A DNA stretch of 64,000 nt from an uncultured delta proteobacterium (GTDB taxonomy: Bacteria > Desulfobacterota > Binatia > JACPRU01). The translations under genes and the position numbers were made by a program. The notes under the pieces were generated by a model, which was not told where the DNA came from, ran no database searches, and saw only the letters and a list, made by a program, of their open reading frames with translations. The stretch spans positions 160,001 to 224,000 of the forward strand of contig CAVUWD010000005.1 in the NCBI GenBank assembly GCA_963745025.1. The letters are read 5' to 3'. Of the stretch, positions 62,019-64,000 are shown in pieces (positions within the stretch are counted from its first letter, which is position 1; every line of letters begins with the position of its first letter).

Positions 62019-63245
62019 TTGAGAGCTGCGCGCAACGCGAAGCCGATCGTGATCGCCGGCGGGGGCATCGGCGGATTGGCGGCGGCGCTCGGTCTGGCCA
62101 TCAAGGGTTTTTGCGTGCTCGTCATCGAGCAAGCGAATCAGTTCGCCGAGATCGGCGCCGGTATCCAGCTCGCGCCGAACGCCTGGCACGCGATCGATGC
62201 GCTTCGTGTAGGAGGGCGGGTGAAGGAGCAAGCGGTCTTCATCGAGCGCTTGCTGATGATGGACGCCGTAAGCGGGGAGACGGTGATCGACATCCCCGTC
62301 GACGACCGCTTCCGCAGGCGCTTCGGTAATCCCTACGCCGTCACGCATCGGGCTGACATCCACGGCGCGCTGCTCGACGGCTGCCGAGCGCGCAGAGATC
62401 GGATCGAGTTGCGTACCGAAAGCCGAGTCGTCGGATTCGACCTCGAATCGAACGGCGTGATCGTGAAGCTCGACAGCGGCGAGCGCCTTCGCGCCGCGGC
62501 GCTCGTCGGCGCCGATGGTTGGCGCTCGGCCGTGCGGGAAGGCATCGTCGGCGACGGCGAGCCACCGGTCTCGGGGCACATGTGTTATCGCGCGGTACTC
62601 GACGTTCAAGACATGCCGAGCGACCTTCGCTGGCCGGCGGCGACCTTGTGGGCGGGACCCAATACGCACGTCGTTCACTATCCGCTGCGCGGTTGGAAGC
62701 TCTTCAACCTCGTGGCCACGGCCGTGCGCGAAGAAGCCGCCGGCGGCCACAACGAGGAGGCCCCGTCCGAGGAAGTGCTGCCGCTCTTCGCCGAGGATTG
62801 CGACAAGCCTCTGACGATCTTGCGAGTGCCGAAGACGTTCCGCCGCTGGATGCTGCGCTTCCGCGAGCCGGTCGACAATTGGAGCCGCGGCCCCGTGACT
62901 CTGCTCGGCGATGCGGCGCATCTGATGCTGCAGTACGCCGCGCAAGGCGCGGCGATGGCACTGGAGGACGCGGTTTGCCTCGCTTCTCGAGTGGACGAAA
63001 GCGATGGCGACTGCGCCGCGGCGTTCCAGAGCTACCAGCAGACGCGGCTCGTGCGCGCCTCGCGGGTGCAGATCTCGGCGAGCCTTCTCGGACTTCTCTA
63101 TCATGCCAAGGGAGTCGGGCGATGGGTGCGCAACGACGTCTACGCAGGTTGGCGAGGCGAGCGGCAGTACGAGGCGTTCGACTGGATCTATCAGCCGCCC
63201 GACTACGTTCGCGACTTTGCAGCGTCGGCGCGGCGGGATTTCTAG
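62019..63245 (+). CDS. FAD-dependent monooxygenase, 3-hydroxybenzoate 6-hydroxylase/salicylate hydroxylase family
   Basis: GGGIGGL, EIGAGIQLAPN, FGNPYAVTHRAD, GADG and LLGDAAH..QYAAQGAAMALED. Confidence 0.87.
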   Translation: MRAARNAKPIVIAGGGIGGLAAALGLAIKGFCVLVIEQANQFAEIGAGIQLAPNAWHAIDALRVGGRVKEQAVFIERLLMMDAVSGETVIDIPVDDRFRRRFGNPYAVTHRADIHGALLDGCRARRDRIELRTESRVVGFDLESNGVIVKLDSGERLRAAALVGADGWRSAVREGIVGDGEPPVSGHMCYRAVLDVQDMPSDLRWPAATLWAGPNTHVVHYPLRGWKLFNLVATAVREEAAGGHNEEAPSEEVLPLFAEDCDKPLTILRVPKTFRRWMLRFREPVDNWSRGPVTLLGDAAHLMLQYAAQGAAMALEDAVCLASRVDESDGDCAAAFQSYQQTRLVRASRVQISASLLGLLYHAKGVGRWVRNDVYAGWRGERQYEAFDWIYQPPDYVRDFAASARRDF

Positions 63246-63358
63246 CCGAGCGAAGCGTTGCCGCCGTCAAACGAGCACAGGCAGCCGTCTCGCTCGAATG
63301 ACAACTCCGGACGACCGGCCGTCTGGGAACGGGACCGAATCACCGGATCGAGTTCGAG

Positions 63359-64000
63359 TCAGCCGGCGACTGCGTAGAGTCGCCACTCCCCGGGGATTCC
63401 CTTGAGCTCGCGATCCCCACGGTCATCGAAGCGGAGGCCGGAGCCGGCGACGAGATCCCTGACGGTCCCCGAGACGAGGATCTCGCCGGGAGCAGCCGAC
63501 GCGGCGACTCGCGCGCCGATGTGCACGGCGATGCCGGCGACCTTCTCGCCCGAGACCTCGCATTCGCCCGTGTGGAGCCCGGTGCGGACGACGAGACCGA
63601 GAGCGGCGACCGCATCGCGGATCGACTGAGCGCAGCGGATCGCCCGCGCCGGCCCGTCGAAGGTGGCGAAGAAGCCATCCCCCGCCGTGTCGACCTCGCG
63701 ACCGCGGAAGCGGCCGACCTCGTCGCGGACGCGACCCTGAAAGCTCTCGAGAAGATCCCGCCAGCGGCGGTCGCCGAGCTCTCGGGCCCGCTCGGTCGAG
63801 CCGACGACGTCGGTGAAGAGTACCGTCGCGAGCACCCGGTCGACCTCGGAGGCCCCGCGCGTCCCCGTCAGAAACTCCTCGATCTCGCCCACGAACGGCT
63901 CCGCGTCCCCGACCCAGGGGAGGTGGTCCCGTCCCTCGAGCTCCACGAACCGTGCTCCGGGCACGAGCTGCGCCACGTACCGCCCGACCTCGACCGGGAG
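63359..64000 (-). CDS. Alpha/beta hydrolase + class III adenylate/guanylate cyclase fusion (LipJ-like), 5-prime end outside window
   Basis: [45 protein letters not shown] and [10 protein letters not shown]. Confidence 0.88.
   Translation of the reverse strand, partial: LPVEVGRYVAQLVPGARFVELEGRDHLPWVGDAEPFVGEIEEFLTGTRGASEVDRVLATVLFTDVVGSTERARELGDRRWRDLLESFQGRVRDEVGRFRGREVDTAGDGFFATFDGPARAIRCAQSIRDAVAALGLVVRTGLHTGECEVSGEKVAGIAVHIGARVAASAAPGEILVSGTVRDLVAGSGLRFDDRGDRELKGIPGEWRLYAVAG

Overview
High-GC bacterial chromosomal segment. The gene complement (sigma54 two-component genes, MMPL, GldAFG-DUF4340, lpxD, lptE) suggests a diderm Deltaproteobacteria/Binatota-like organism; this is inference only. 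It is mostly housekeeping: lipB, meaB, aroF-hisG-hisI, lpxD, yceD-rpmF-plsX-acpP-nrdR-ribD-ribBA-ribH-nusB-leuS-lptE-holA-tldD-tldE, polA, an ECF sigma/anti-sigma operon, engB, murI and secA. There is also a four-gene GT4 glycosyltransferase cluster, NodIJ-like and Gld-like ABC systems, and an MMPL transporter. I found no rRNA, tRNA, CRISPR array, transposase or phage gene. The most striking unexplained structure is non-coding. First, a modular multi-hairpin element occurs twice (13223-13524, 44097-44279) with compensatory base changes, a shared apical hairpin motif and terminal inverted repeats. Second, about 9-10 intergenic REP-like palindromes are built from GGCTACC/GGTAGCC heptamers. Unusual proteins are a degenerate sigma54-AAA+ domain fused to a pseudo-histidine kinase, a SecA with about 330 aa inserted at its variable site, and a RibBA with an apparently dead RibB domain. 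Frameshifts in secA, leuS, the MMPL gene and the NtrC-like gene are probably assembly or polishing errors. Start codons and repeat boundaries were picked by eye and are approximate.
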